From the NCBI RefSeq assembly GCF_009834535.1, contig NC_045698.1, positions 15,006,001 to 15,070,000 of the forward strand: a stretch of 64,000 nt of DNA, written 5' to 3'. Shown in pieces: positions 1 through 12,480 of the stretch (positions are counted from its first letter, which is position 1; each line of letters opens with the position of its first letter). The translations under genes and the position numbers were made by a program. This DNA is from Camelus ferus. Its lineage: Eukaryota. The notes under the pieces are model-generated. The model was not told where the DNA came from. It did no database searches and was given only the letters and a program-made list of their open reading frames with translations.

Positions 1-676
1 AGGCTTGGACTGAAATGGATAGACATGAGATAAAATGAAGAAAGGTCTTTGAACTACAAAAACTCTACAGACAGAAAATAGGATGATAAAACTACTGAGA
101 AGCAAACGTATGTTCCCCCTCAACTAAAAGGGAAGATGATTCTGAGGACAGAAACTTGGGCCCAGAGGCCATAGCACTGGGCTCAGAAGAAGAGATGTCA
201 GCCACAAGCCCAGCAACAGAAGCTGGAGCTGTGTTGCAGATGTCAGTCTTGAACACAGAGGATTATTCCCAGGCCTTAAAACAATGGAACCTGCCCTGCT
301 TGATCTCAAAAGTACTTGGAATGTGTGAATCCTTTCTTCCTTCCATTTTCTCCCTCTTAGAATGGAGATGTCTATAAATATTAGATTATATCTATCTCAT
401 AATTATTTTCCAGCACCAGATAGCTTTCCTAGCTTCACAGGTACAGAGATGGAGAAAAAAATTGGCTCAGAATGGATCATATGAAAGATCTCATACACTC
501 TTAATTTAAATGATTTAGATGATGAGATTTGGAATTTTGGAACTGATGGTATTTAGATGACATCTTGGATGTGTGTCAGTGCTTTAATGTGTTGTGACTT
601 TGGGGCTCTTGGCAGGGGGACTGAATATATTTTGCATGCCTTATAGACATGAATCGTTGAAAGCCAGAGAGAAGAC
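1..676 (+). mobile_element. MaLR (MLT1) internal region, 3' end
   Basis: Ends with GACTTTGGGG...AATATATTTTGCATG...GACATGAAT...AAGCCAGAGAGAAGAC, resembling the MLT-int 3' end and purine tract, directly before an MLT1 LTR. Confidence 0.7.
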
Positions 677-1171
677 TATAGTAAGCTGAATTATGTCCCC
701 CAAAGATATCAAAACCTAATCCCTTAAGCATATACCCATAAGGTAAGTGTTACTTTATTTGGGAAAAATAAAAGACTTCTGCAAGGCTTTTGCAGAACTG
801 ATTGAAATTAACATGTTGGGATGAGGAGATTTTCCAGATTATCTGGGTGATCCCTAAATGTAATTACATGTATTCATATAAGAAGGAGAGAGTTTAGACA
901 CGTCACAAAAAAGGCAACATGACTATGGAGGCAAAGATTGTAGTGATGCGGTACAGACCAAGGAATGCTGGCAGTATCTCCTGGAAAAGGCAAGAGACAG
1001 ATTCTACCTTGAGCCTCAGAGAAAAGGTCACCCTACCAACACAACTTGATTTTAGCCCAGTGATACTGATGTCAAACTTCTGGCCTCCTAAACTGTGAAA
1101 GAAAAAATATTTATTGTTTAAGCTACCAAGTTTGCTGCAATTTGTTACAGCAGTCATAAGAAACTCATACA
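677..1171 (+). mobile_element. MaLR LTR, MLT1C/D-like
   Basis: Starts TATAGTAAGCTGAATTATGTCCCCCAAAGATATC...CCTAATCCC; contains AACTTCTGGCCTCCTAAACTGTGA; ends TTTGTTACAGCAGTCATAAGAAACTCATACA. Confidence 0.85.
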
Positions 1172-1474
1172 ACATGTAAGATGCTGTCTCCTGTCTAAAC
1201 TGTATTAACACTTGTTAATAAACATAAGATATATAAATTATCCAAATTTAATCTAATGGTAAAATATCTGTTTTATAATTATTTGTACCTATTTCATTAA
1301 TAAAATCAAATGCTTATCTGAACAAAATGTTTCATATTAGAAGTTAGGCTTTATTGTCAAATTTTAAAGAAGCAAAAAAAGAAAAAAATAGAGTAGGTAA
1401 AGAATATGAATGCACGCAATTGTATAGTTTGGTGCATAATGCATCTGTTTACAGCAGTTCCAGTTTCATTTCAA

Positions 1475-1590
1475 GTCTGTTTTACCCTGTTTACCTCAGA
1501 ACAGTTGTGAGGACCTAACGACTGAGCAAATATATATTAATGGCTTCAGTTCTAAGGCATATAAATACAGAATGGTGATTATTGATTTTT
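1475..1590 (+). mobile_element. MIR SINE fragment
   Basis: TACCTCAGAACAGTTGTGAGGACCTAA resembles the MIR core. Confidence 0.35.
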
Positions 1591-2849
1591 GACTCTATTG
1601 TTACCTCATTAGAATCTGGAGGACTATTCTGGAACCTGCACATCTGCATCTCTCACCAGATCTTCCTTGCTTTTCCAGTCCTCTGGATTTCACTGAGAAT
1701 TGTCCTGTTTTCACATACTTTTCAAATTGAACACAACTGCAAATATCTCTTCCATTTTTAGACTTCTTTTTGAACCAAGATCTTAATCTGCATTTTTTCC
1801 AAAATATAAAATGTTTTATGTGTTTGTTACTGAATTGCAAGGACAAGCTGAAAAAATAAAGAATTTTGGAGCTTTAGCAACAATTTTTTTGTAAAAATCT
1901 TAATGTTTCTCTTAAAAATTGCCTGTATTGCTCATTTCCCAGTTTTCCAATCTAGACAAGAGGTGTTCTGGCTGGTAATTTATCTGAGCATATTCAAGTC
2001 TCTTTATATATATTTCGTATCAGTTGGGGAAATGTGAAGATTAACCTGTACCATCCCCACAGGAATAGAACGACTCCTCACACAGAACCAAGTTTGATAG
2101 GATTTTATTGAATTTCCTCTAAAAGACACTCATTTAGTTTCTTGGGCATTTCTTCTTGGAGTGTAGAGCTAAATTTCAACAAACTACATAATTATTCCCC
2201 AAACTATTAACAATAGTAGGCTGATCACAGTAATTTGATAGTTTATTCAAGAAATTCTGCTGGTTTTTCAAACAGTGTATTATTATCTTAACTTCAGTCA
2301 CAAGGATGGGCTATATTTAGACCATATATCTTAATCAGATCATATTTAATCTACCTCTAATTAGACATTTATTGTATTACTATAGAACTATTTGTCAAAT
2401 CCATGGGGATATTTCCATAACAATTGTAAAAATGAGATATATCTAAGGGGAATAGGATAAAGCTCATAGTAAGTAACCTTCATCTTATGTATTAATGTAT
2501 TAATCTGAACAGATAGAAATGATAAGTCTGCTGTCCTCTGAAGATGCTGCCTTTGTGACTTATAATCGTAGAGGTATCAAAAAGAGGCCAAACAAGTTAA
2601 AAGACTACATATTTAAAAGAATGCATCACAAAAACTATCATGGATAATTATCATAATGTATGTGCAAAGCATTTGAAACCTTTTTCTATATTTAGTGAAA
2701 TTCTACCAAAAAAGGATTGACGAGGCTCACCTCACACTATAGAAAAAAAATATAATAATTTAGTAGGTTTTATTAGTGTTTCCAATTATCCACTGTCTTC
2801 AGTATTAAAGGACTTTACATCCTTGTCTTTGTCAGGTTATTTTCAGTGC

Positions 2850-3135
2850 CTCTTTAGGGCAGAATTTTAATTTCCTGCCCCGTTAACACCATACTTGGCC
2901 ATGTAATCTGCTTCCATCAAGAAAATGTACACAGAAGTGATTGTGTGCAGTGTCAGAGCATAGGCTTCCATATACATCACATCATTCTGCTCTCTCACCC
3001 TAAGTCCTAAAATGAGAACACGTAAGGGGTAGAATCTCAGTTAACACAACACTGGTCTGTAAAGTAAGATACACACTATCTTGTTAAAATAGGTGTTATA
3101 TTTCTTACAGCATAATTTGAAGGAAGCTATCCAGC
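2850..3135 (+). mobile_element. Old MaLR LTR (MLT1J/H-like), degraded
   Basis: CTTGGCCATGTAATCTGCTT...AAATGTACACAGAAGTGA and a 3' end TTCTTACAGCATAA. Confidence 0.45.
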
Positions 3136-3379
3136 CCACTTGGTGTCCCACTAATGTATCAAAATGTCTCATAACCTGAACTCATTGTAAACACTCATGA
3201 AGAAGGATATAGTGACAAAAATGTAGAGCCAGAGGAGAATACATTCTGTTGGCAGTGGCAGCTGGATTAGCCAGATGCATTTTCCAGGGGAAGAAGTATC
3301 TACTGTCTGATGCTGACAATGGAAGCAACAATGAAAACATTCCTCTAGGTTTTTAGAAGAAGCAGTTCTCTGCAGTCTT

Positions 3380-4260
3380 CATGGCATCGTTTTGACTGCA
3401 GCTCCTTCTTCTGCCTAAACTCTGTTCTTCCAGATCTAGCGTCTCATGAACTTCTGTGAGCTGGCCAGCAACCTCTGTGCTTAAGTCATACAGTCAGTTT
3501 CTTGGACTTTCAAATAAGTAACAACTGTTCCAAAAGTGGTCAATAAAAGGGGCTGTGAGCAATCATTCAGAGAAATGAAAACAACCAATTGATTGTCTGC
3601 CATGTTAAAGAGGAAGGCGTTTTACCAAGTTAATGGATACAGGAGACAGATTGGTGGTTGCCAGAGAGGTAGAGTGGGAGGTGGGAGAAATGGGTGAGGG
3701 GAGTCAAAATTCACAAACTTCCAGGTATAAAATAAGTTATAGGGGAGGTAATGTATAGCATGGTGACTGTAGCTAATAATACTGTATTTATAGTTGAAAG
3801 TTGCTAAGATTGTAGATCTTAAAAATTCTTACCATTAGAAAAAAATCTGTAACTGTATAATGACATATGTTAACTATAGTTACTGTGGTGCTCATTTCAC
3901 AATATATACAAATATCAAATGTATACCTGAAACTAATACAATGTATATCCATTATGCCTCAATTAAAAAAAAGGATAAAGACATTTTAAATTCTGCTAGT
4001 CATTTTGGGTGATTCTTGGGCATCTTGGCCCACAGTGAAACACATTTTTAAATTGTAATCTGTGATCACCTGAAAAAAGGTGTACAATGAAAGAAAAGAT
4101 TTAAGAGACTGACCACTCTCACATAATAGTATAAATAATATAAAATATTGAAAGACTATGAGGTGAGAGAATTCCTCCAGTACTATTGAACAGCTTAGAG
4201 AGAAAAAAAAAAGGTAGATTTCTTAAATATATTCCTCAAGGCAATGGCAGAAGCCTAGGG
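3380..4260 (+). mobile_element. Degraded ERVL/MaLR-class LTR 3' end plus start of internal region, interrupted by an L1 3' fragment
   Basis: CTTAAGTCATACAGTCAGTTTCTTG followed by ACTGTTCCAAAAGTGG (LTR/int junction-like); AAGACTATGAG...AACAGCTTAGAGAGAAAAAA resembles MLT-int. Confidence 0.3.
3631..3972 (+). mobile_element. LINE-1 3' UTR fragment (L1MA9-like), 5' truncated
   Basis: CAGATTGGTGGTTGCCAGAG...GTATAGCATGGTGACTGTAGCTAATAATACTGTATT...GAAAGTTGCTAAGA...TACCTGAAACTAATA, ending in an A tail. Confidence 0.85.
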
Positions 4261-5451
4261 GCATTCTAAAACTATACTAAAGAACTACTTATTGTTTGGA
4301 GAGGCTGGACTACACCAGAGAAAACTAAGTGGAAATTTTGAATCTGAGTTGTCAAATGGCAACTGGTTCGATTTACTGTCTGACCAATTATCTAGGTAAT
4401 TAGGCTTTTCTGCTGATGTTTTTGCTTGTTTCCTTGTCTCAGTACCTGGAAGAATGAAGCAATCTCCCATACAACCTTAAAATTAAAAAAATTCTGAATC
4501 CTACCTCTTAAATGTTAAAACATCACCTTCCAATTTCCCAGGATCTTTTCTGATGTTTTATGCCAATCAGATTTATCGTCCATGGAAATGGAATGAAAAT
4601 GTACTAAAACTTCAAAAATTCAATATTTTTGACTCCATCCAGGTCAGATTCTTGATCATACCAAAGGTTACATCCAGTGAATTCTGGTTCTGATAATGGT
4701 AGCTTTGCACATCCTGGGCTTACTCTCCAATACGTAAATAAATAAGTACACAAATAAACTATTACACACGAAAAATTAAAGATTCTGGAGTACTGCAAAA
4801 AAGCAGGTAGAAACTGGAGAGAATTTGACTCTTAAAGAAATATCATTGGGTGAAATCTATATTAATTTTTTTTAATCCTCTAAGGAATAACCAGTATATA
4901 TGGTATAGATTTGATAGAAACCAGGTTGAAATCCACATTCACAGGGCAGACTTTACACCTCTAGGTAAAAAGTAATAGCTAAAAGGTGAAAAAAGGTGAG
5001 CAGAGATCTCAGCTACTGAAAACAAAATTTGAAATTGAATAATCTTGAGTTAAAAAGCCTTGGAAAATACTCCAGTCACTCCATCAAAACCCCAGAAGGA
5101 TCATGCTTTTACAACAAAAACTATCTGAAGACTATGGATTCACTGTGCCATTAAGAGTGAAACATAAATGGATAATAGAATTGATATATCTTAGCAGGGC
5201 TGATTAAGAAAAAAGTAGAGAAAATACAAATTACCATTAAGAATGAAAGAGACTACAGATTTTTAGAGATTAAACACATTGTAATGGGAAAGTATGAACA
5301 ATACTTTATTCATTACATGCAAATTATTAATTATAATATAGTGATAATTATAATTGAAAAGCACTGACTAAAGGAAAAATACAAAATATTAATAACTCAA
5401 TAGCTATCAAATAAGTTGAATATTTAGTCTAAGACCTTCCCTCAATGAAAA

Positions 5452-5590
5452 ATATATGTGTATATGTTTGTGTGTGTGTATATATGTATATATATATACA
5501 CATATATACACATACACACTGTATAGCATATATATGCATATATGTAAATTTAAAGTTATGTATACACTGTATATATACATGCATATAATT
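5452..5590. repeat. Compound (TA/TG/CA)n low-complexity tract
   Basis: Alternating purine-pyrimidine runs visible directly. Confidence 0.85.
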
Positions 5591-6071
5591 ACTGATTAAT
5601 ATCCCTTATAACAGATGCATTCATATTAAATTATATATTTAAATTATTAGTGTAGCATATTAAATCCAGCGATACCTAAAATATTAAATCCAATAATACA
5701 TAAAATGTTTAATACATCATGACTAAGTCAAGTTTGTCCCAGAAATACAAGTTTAATTTAACCTTTGGAAAATGAATCAAATCAATTTCTATATTAACAC
5801 ATTATAAAACACATGATCCTTAAATAGATATTTAAAGTTTGATACAATTCAAAGCTCAATGACAAGTCTCAGGAAACTGGGGATTAAAGTGAGTATCCTC
5901 AAATTATTATACATGATTATACATGAAAATGCTACATATAGCCTTGTATTAATGGTGAAATATTAAACAATTTCCTGGTAAACAAGGAAAAAAGGTAATT
6001 ATTTCCACTCTTTATTCTCACTACTATTTTTAATATTGAACTATGAACTAGACTTTAAGATATTTAAGAGA

Positions 6072-6230
6072 GAGGGGAGGATATAGCTCAAATGGTAGAG
6101 TGCATCCTTAGCATGCATGAGATCCCGGGTTCAATCCCCAGTACCTCCTCTAAAAATAAATAAAACCTAATTACCTACCCCATAAAATAAAATAATTAAC
6201 TAATACAATAAATAAATAAAATATTTTAAA
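6072..6230 (+). mobile_element. tRNA-Ala-derived SINE (camelid Vic-1-like) with 15-bp TSD
   Basis: GGGGAGGATATAGCTCAAATGGTAGAG (A box)...CTTAGCATGCA...GGTTCAATCCCCAGTACCTCC (B box), then an A-rich tail; TSD AAGATATTTAAGAGA (6057-6071) / AAGTTATTTAAGAGA (6231-6245). Confidence 0.9.
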
Positions 6231-6761
6231 AAGTTATTTAAGAGAAATAAGTGTGTAAAGTAAAAAGGGCAATAACACAAAAAGATTAAGTTTATAAAAT
6301 CAGAACAGAAGTAAAACTTTTTCTACTCAAGGATAAGTTGTCTCTTTACATAAAAATACTAAAGAATATGCAGAATAACTACTAGCCTGAATAAACTGAG
6401 TAACTTTGCAGTATGTGTGTCAACATAGAAAAAATTAGTATTAGTGTATTTTGAAATACAATAACAAACATCCAGGAAAATAAAATAGACAAATTATATG
6501 TAAACTACCATAAAATAGTTTGGAGTAGATGTAACAAAAATATTTTAAGTTCTCTATACTGTAAACTGCAAATATTCCTAAGAGAATTAAGGAAAAAAAC
6601 TTAACCTGTTGGAGACATATAACGTAAATAGTTGGATTACTGAATATTGTTAAGGATATTCTCATAAATTTTGTATAGAATATTTAATGCAATATTGGTC
6701 AAAATTCCAAAAATCTCTTTCATAGGAATTTGTAAATGTATTCTAAGTTTTATGGAAAAAT

Positions 6762-7390
6762 CATGACTTCCACTGTGTTAATTCATTTTGATGATTGTAC
6801 AACATATTGTTGTGATAAAGCACAAATTACCCGTTAGCTCATTTGTTGATTATTACTTGGATTCTACCAGATGAAGTAAAGTTTTCTCTTAGTAGATATT
6901 GTTCTTTAATTGAGAGAGGGGATGGGGACTAGATAATGTGAGTATGAAGCGAAAATTAGTCTTTTTGGAACTAAAAGTAAACATAACTTACATATAGAAA
7001 AATTTTAAAAGAAGTGGGTAGAGGCATTGAAACACATTAGTAATTTGTAGTAGAAAGTTTTTTTTTTTCATTCTTTTTTATTGAAGTAGTCAGTTTACAA
7101 TGTTGTGTCAATTTCTAGTGTACAGCATAATGTTTCAATCATACATATACATACATATTTGTTTTTATATTTTTTCATTATAGGTTAAAGGTATTGAATA
7201 TGGAGTTAATATCTGTGTAGCAGGAAGTTTTGATAAATTGTTTTCAAAGAATGGACGATAAATCATCATTAGATTATACTGAATGCAAAAAAGGGAAGAT
7301 TATCATCATAAAAAATGAAAAAATACAGAAAATTGTTGAAAATGGCAAAGATGTAAATAAGTCAACCTACTTGATGCAGCAAAAATAAGG
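6762..7390 (+). mobile_element. Possible Mutator-like (MULE/MuDR) transposase relic, C-terminal part
   Basis: Hand translation across frameshifts gives FVDY/TWILPDEVKF, CEYEAKISLFGTKSKHNLHIEKF and KREDYHHK/NEKIQKIVENGKDVNKSTYL, resembling generic MULE motifs FxDYFxxTWI, TNNxxESFHxxLN...HPNIxxF and K.Y...ERI..IV...YL. Confidence 0.4.
7062..7215 (-). mobile_element. Short LINE-1 3' end with 16-bp TSD
   Basis: Poly-T then TTATTGAAGTAGTCAGTTTACAATGTTGTGTCAATTTCTAGTGTACAGCA; TSD TGTAGTAGAAAGTTTT (7046-7061) / TGTAGCAGGAAGTTTT (7216-7231). Confidence 0.8.
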
Positions 7391-8957
7391 AACCAAGACA
7401 AAATAGAATAAGAAATTAACAATAAGTAGGAAAGACAAAAAAACAGTAATTTAATTTTTGTGGAACTCAAACTACAGCTGTATTATATATAATATATCAC
7501 CTTTAAGTGATAAGCATTGTGCTTTCAAGGGATGGGCTCAAGCTCAGTAAGTGCATGCACCTTTTCTTCCTGGGTTCTGGAGCTCTTAAGACATAAATTT
7601 TAAAAACAGAAAAAGGAACAAACTATCAACCTTATTGCTGATAGAAAATATGGAAGGTTTAGGTCTGTATTCAAGATGACCTTACTGGTATTCAATACCA
7701 CGTTTAGGTGACCTTATCTATTCAGTCATTGTGGGTAATGCTTTGGGGCTTATCTTACCCCAAAATGGAGAGTATAGAAAACATTATAGAACCTGTACCT
7801 GCTGTGACCAATGCTTTCTCAAGAGGACGTAAATAGACACCATGTTGAGGATGTTCTGTTGTTCTTTCTAAATTTTCCAATTGGATGAAATTTCACCTTT
7901 CAAGTACAAAGTAAATGAAGTCATATAGAGTTTAGTTAGGACAGTACTTTGGAAAAATGCATTTTAATTTAAAGCAATAAAGGGAGAAAGACCTTTTATT
8001 TTACTCTTATTTTCTTAATATTCACTTTAACCTTTAAATCTAGCAAGAATGGGCTGTTTTACACAAAAGAGGACATCAGAAGCCTGTCCAGGCTCCACTT
8101 TCAAGAATTTGCTCTCTAAACACCAAAGGCTATGACTTTCAGAGAAACCGAGGACCATGGAGGATTTGTATTTTGTTGTCTGAAGTTGCTGAAATAGTCA
8201 GAGCATTGATGAAATCAGCTCTAAAACACTCTGAAGACAGGACTAAAAGCTCCCCTCCATTGCACGTTGTGTGTGTCCTTTGCCAAATAACAATATCAGA
8301 GGTTCTGCAACACAATGAAGTGAGGACATTAAAATAAGATGCATAAAGCCAGTCCTACGTGTGTGCATAACATGGAAATGCCTCAGTGCAAACTCCTTTT
8401 ATAATCAAATTTCTATGTGGTAATTAAAATTTAATTTCCATACTCACTGAGCAGGGGGAGTTGGGGGAGAGAAAGGGAGAGACTGAACCAATCTCTAACT
8501 CCACAGTAGCTGAATAAATGTTGCCAAAGACAGTAGCCAGAACTTGGTGGGGTTAGAGTGGAAGCAGGCTAGTTCAATGGTCCGTAATTCATATCCTGTG
8601 AAATTCGGCTCAAATAGAAAATATATCTGACAAGAAGTTAATTTTGGGCACTGTGCATTTTCCTCATTGGTGGGAAAAAAATAACTGGTCTAAGCAAACT
8701 ACATTTCCTCTTAGTGTTTAGTAGGAGACGTGCCATCTAGCAAAGCTTTTGGATTGGTATTGTCACCAGTTACTCTTGAGGGACACTTCTTTACTAGCTT
8801 TCATTATCAAAACTTCGTAATTTCCATTTCCTCTCATGCCTTAAGTTTTGAGGACTTAGAGCGGTTTCACTCTAGGTCCACTTGGTGACTTTCCCTTCAC
8901 CATCTCTTCAGAAATCACAGTTGAGTCTGTGCCCCCAGAGATGTTTCCACCGACTTT

Positions 8958-9349
8958 CTGTGTGTGTGTGTGTGAAATCTTTATTGAACTGTAATTTACA
9001 ATTCACCAATTTAAAGTGTACAGTCCTGTGGTTTTAGTATATTCATGGAATTGTGCAAGGATCACCACAATCAGTTCTAGAAACTTTGCATCATCCTCCT
9101 TCAAAGCACCCCTTCCCTTGTAGCAGTCATTCTCCATGTCCCCTCGAGCCTGCCCACCCCTAGTCCTAGGCAACCACTAATCTGCTTTCTGTCTCTATTG
9201 ATTTGTCTGTTCTGGACATTTCACATAAAAAGGATGAAGTACTGATTTATGCTACAGTATGGTTGAACCTTGGAAGCATTAGCCTAAGTGAAAGAAGTCA
9301 GTCACAAAACAGCCACATATTATGTGATTCCATTTATGTGAACTGTCCA
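8958..9349 (-). mobile_element. L1MB-like 3' end with a 5' inversion
   Basis: 8975-9229 is L1 3' UTR antisense (TTTAAAGTGTACAG...GGCAACCACTAATCTGCTTTCTGTCTCTA...TGGACATTTCACATAAA); 9226-9349 is the upstream L1 segment in sense (GAAGTACTGAT...CTAAGTGAAAGAAGTCAGTCACAAAA). Confidence 0.8.
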
Positions 9350-11214
9350 CTGCCTTTTGTTATAGAATTTCTACGTCTGCAAAACAAAGAAGTTTCTTCT
9401 CACATTTATTTCTACTGTGGAATTGCCCTCAGTAGATTCCTGCGCTGAAGCTGTCATGGATGTTTCTGAAGTTTGAGTCCCAGGAGTCGCATAGGTTACT
9501 GGACTTGAGTAACTTCCTCTTTTTATCTTTTCTTTTTTATCTGATTGAGACATTTGTTTCTCCAGCATTCACTTACACTTTTGATATTTTGGTGCTTCTC
9601 AATATAAAGATACGAAATCAAATGCTTGTGTTTCTCTTTGAAGTATCTATTATTTAAAAAATCTTGTCTAACTTCTTTTTCTCTCTTACTTAATATTTCC
9701 ACCAACAAAATATTTTTCCATTAGTCTAGCCAGGCTTACACTTAACAGATAATTATTTTGCCTGTACCTCTTTAGTATCTTTCATCTACTTGTGCCTTTG
9801 TAAGGCTTATTTCTGTAATTCTTCCAACATTATTCAATTCCCAGCAATACATCAGTATGTACACCTGCAGTAACTCTATCACCTGACCTAATGCTTTAAT
9901 TATTTTATACCAACCCTCATCTTAAACTTGTATAGATTTTTATAACCACTTGTTATAGCTGTTACCTGCCTTTAAGAGCAGTTTCCATGCAATAATAAAA
10001 TCTTTTTTCTCATGCTCTCTTTAATAGCAGTTTAGCATGATATTTTTTCTTAGTTTGCCATGTATATTTTACTTAAAAATGTATCTTTTAAAAATATAAA
10101 ATAAGTAAAATTTTACTTCCTTACAAGTAAGGATTTCACTTTTGCTCTGCAACAGGTGAAAATTAGCTGCTTTGCAATTGAAAAGCATCTCATGTCATTC
10201 TGCCCACTGATATTTAAAGGGTACACAAGGACTCTTTGATACAATAAAGTTTTGCTTCAACTGAGCGTGTTTAGGAGAAGTTGGGCCTGAATAAAAAGTT
10301 GTGACAGGCTGTACCCTGAGATCCTTTCTGCCATTGGGGACATTTGCCTTGCTAAGATCCCTCCGGCCTTTGAGCCTTAATTTATGTTTCTGCCTTTCTA
10401 TAAAGAGATAATCATTTGTAGACAATCTTCTTTGATCTGTAATGAGCCACCAAGATCAAAACACCCTGTAGTCAGATTAAAGACCTTCACTCTAGTACTG
10501 AAAAAAAAAAAATCAAAAACGTAAGAACTCTCTTAGTCTAAAACAAGCTTCTCAGAACACCTAAGGAAAAAAAACATATATCTGTCAAAAACTAAGTTGC
10601 TAACATCAATACCATTCTTCAGTCTCCAGCAAATTCTCCCCATATAAATGTTGTGCTTTCCTGAATTCTGTTTTTGGTTTTTTTTCTTATTATTATTCTT
10701 AGTCCTGTTGTGGAGGACACTCAGGATGTCCAGCTGTTAGCACCCATCTTCCCTACACAATCTGAAATATAAAACTGCAGAGTCATAGGTAAGGTTAGAA
10801 ACATCAGTTTGATACTCAGAGCACAATGCAGAACTTCCCCTGCAACACTTCTCTTCTGCTCGGACCTGATGCACTCAGATCTCCTGAAGGAACAGAGTAA
10901 ATTCTGTCCCCTGTTATTTTTCCCCAAATTTAATTAAGTAAGTTACTCTACTTTTCTAGGTTAAGAATAGAAAAAGGTGGGTGTGGAGGGAGGCCCAGAA
11001 TGTGTTTGGAGAACAAATTTCTTTTTAGAGAAATCATGAATAGAAAAAAGAAAAAAAAGTCTGGCAAAAAAATGCCATGTAAATAGAAAGGAAAAAAGAG
11101 CATAAGTTAGCGCATAATATCATAGACTGATACAACAGTTAATATAAAATGTGGAAATGTTGGCAGAGTCAAATAATGTAAATTATTAGTAAGTATGTCA
11201 GAAAATTGAATCGA

Positions 11215-12480
11215 CTAGGCACTCTGGTTGAAGCATAAACTGTGATGGTCTCTCTGGAAAGCAGTATGACAGTAATGAATGAATTTCTGTCTATATCTAC
11301 CTTAAAACCCAGATATTCTATTCTTGTGTATTTACTCTGGAGAAACTTACACTCTGGCCCATGTATATATTATATACAAGGATAGCAGAGAAAATTGGCT
11401 TATAAGAACAAACGAATGGCAGATGTATATCCTAGAATTATACAGCACTTATAAAACATAAGCTAGAGGTGCATACAGGACCACACACTTACTTTTTAAA
11501 TGTAATTCTCGATGAAACATGAAAGACACAGGACCTATAGAACCATATAATTTATGTTTATTAGGGCACAGAAACACTCAAAACAATGCTGTTTATTTTA
11601 TGAGGACACATGCATATTCAATAATATCTCAAACAGTAGTATGAAGACCAAGCAGAACAAAGGAAACAGAAAAGGACTCTCACAGTGATCTGTAAAAGTC
11701 ACGAATCAGAAGAGTAGTCATTGATCTTCACCAGAGTCTCCCCACAAATAAATTGTAAACAATAACAAGAGACAAGAGAACACTCAAGAGAAAAACATAC
11801 AAGTAATAAATTCAGGAAAATCACAATAGAAATCCAATGCCAAGGACTATATTAAGAAATTCTCAAAATCACTATTCATTGGAACAATGCAAATAAAGAC
11901 AATAAGGTATCAAGCTTTACCATTCCATTTAGTAAAATAATTTAAATATATTAAAGTAATACATGTTGACAAAAATATCTGTAAAATAAGTGGTGTTCTT
12001 CTTTGCTTGTGGAAGTGTAAACCATAATACTTTAACAATATTACAAAAGTGTAAGCCAAAAATAATGGAAAAATTAACAGGCAATTCTGTTACTAATTCA
12101 TGTCATATACATATGCATCAGGCATAGAAAGTTTAAGAATACTCATTGTAATTTTGATTAGAATGGTGAATAATAAGAAAAAATAGAAGTTCATAAATAT
12201 GTACAATTAAATAATGTAAGTATAGTTTCTATTTAGTAGTAGTTAAAAATGAATCCCACAGATATATACGTATTAACAGAAAATTTTGTAAACTCAGCAA
12301 TTTTTTTATTTTATTAAAAACAATATATCATCATAGGTTCATATATATGTAAATATATGTAAAATTGTCGAGAAGGATGACCATCATACTAGGAAAAAAA
12401 TGTTATCTCCAGCAAGGGGAATCAGATTGAATTTGTATAAATAGGACTAAATAAAACACATTTAAACACATGTTGAATTA
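11215..12480 (+). mobile_element. Degraded L1ME-like 3' fragments
   Basis: CTCTCTGGAAAGCAGTATGACAGTA, ATTCTATTCTTGTGTATTTACTCTGGAGAAAC, ACAATGCAAATAAAGACAATAAGGTATC, TTGCTTGTGGAAGTGTAAA. Confidence 0.55.

Larger units (their letters stand above)
5170..6760 (+). mobile_element. Old, heavily decayed LINE-1 ORF2 region (L1M), interrupted by a TA/TG microsatellite and a SINE
   Basis: A-rich L1 ORF2 motifs: ATACATCATGACTAAGT...CCCAGAAATACAAG, TTTGATACAATTCAA, AATGGTGAAATATTAAAC, TTTAATGCAATATTGGTCAAAATTCCA. Confidence 0.7.

Noticed and set aside
6074..6148. Functional tRNA-Ala gene (also the copy near 39150-39220)
   Set aside because: Both have mismatched stems, AT-rich tails and TSDs, which mark them as SINE copies
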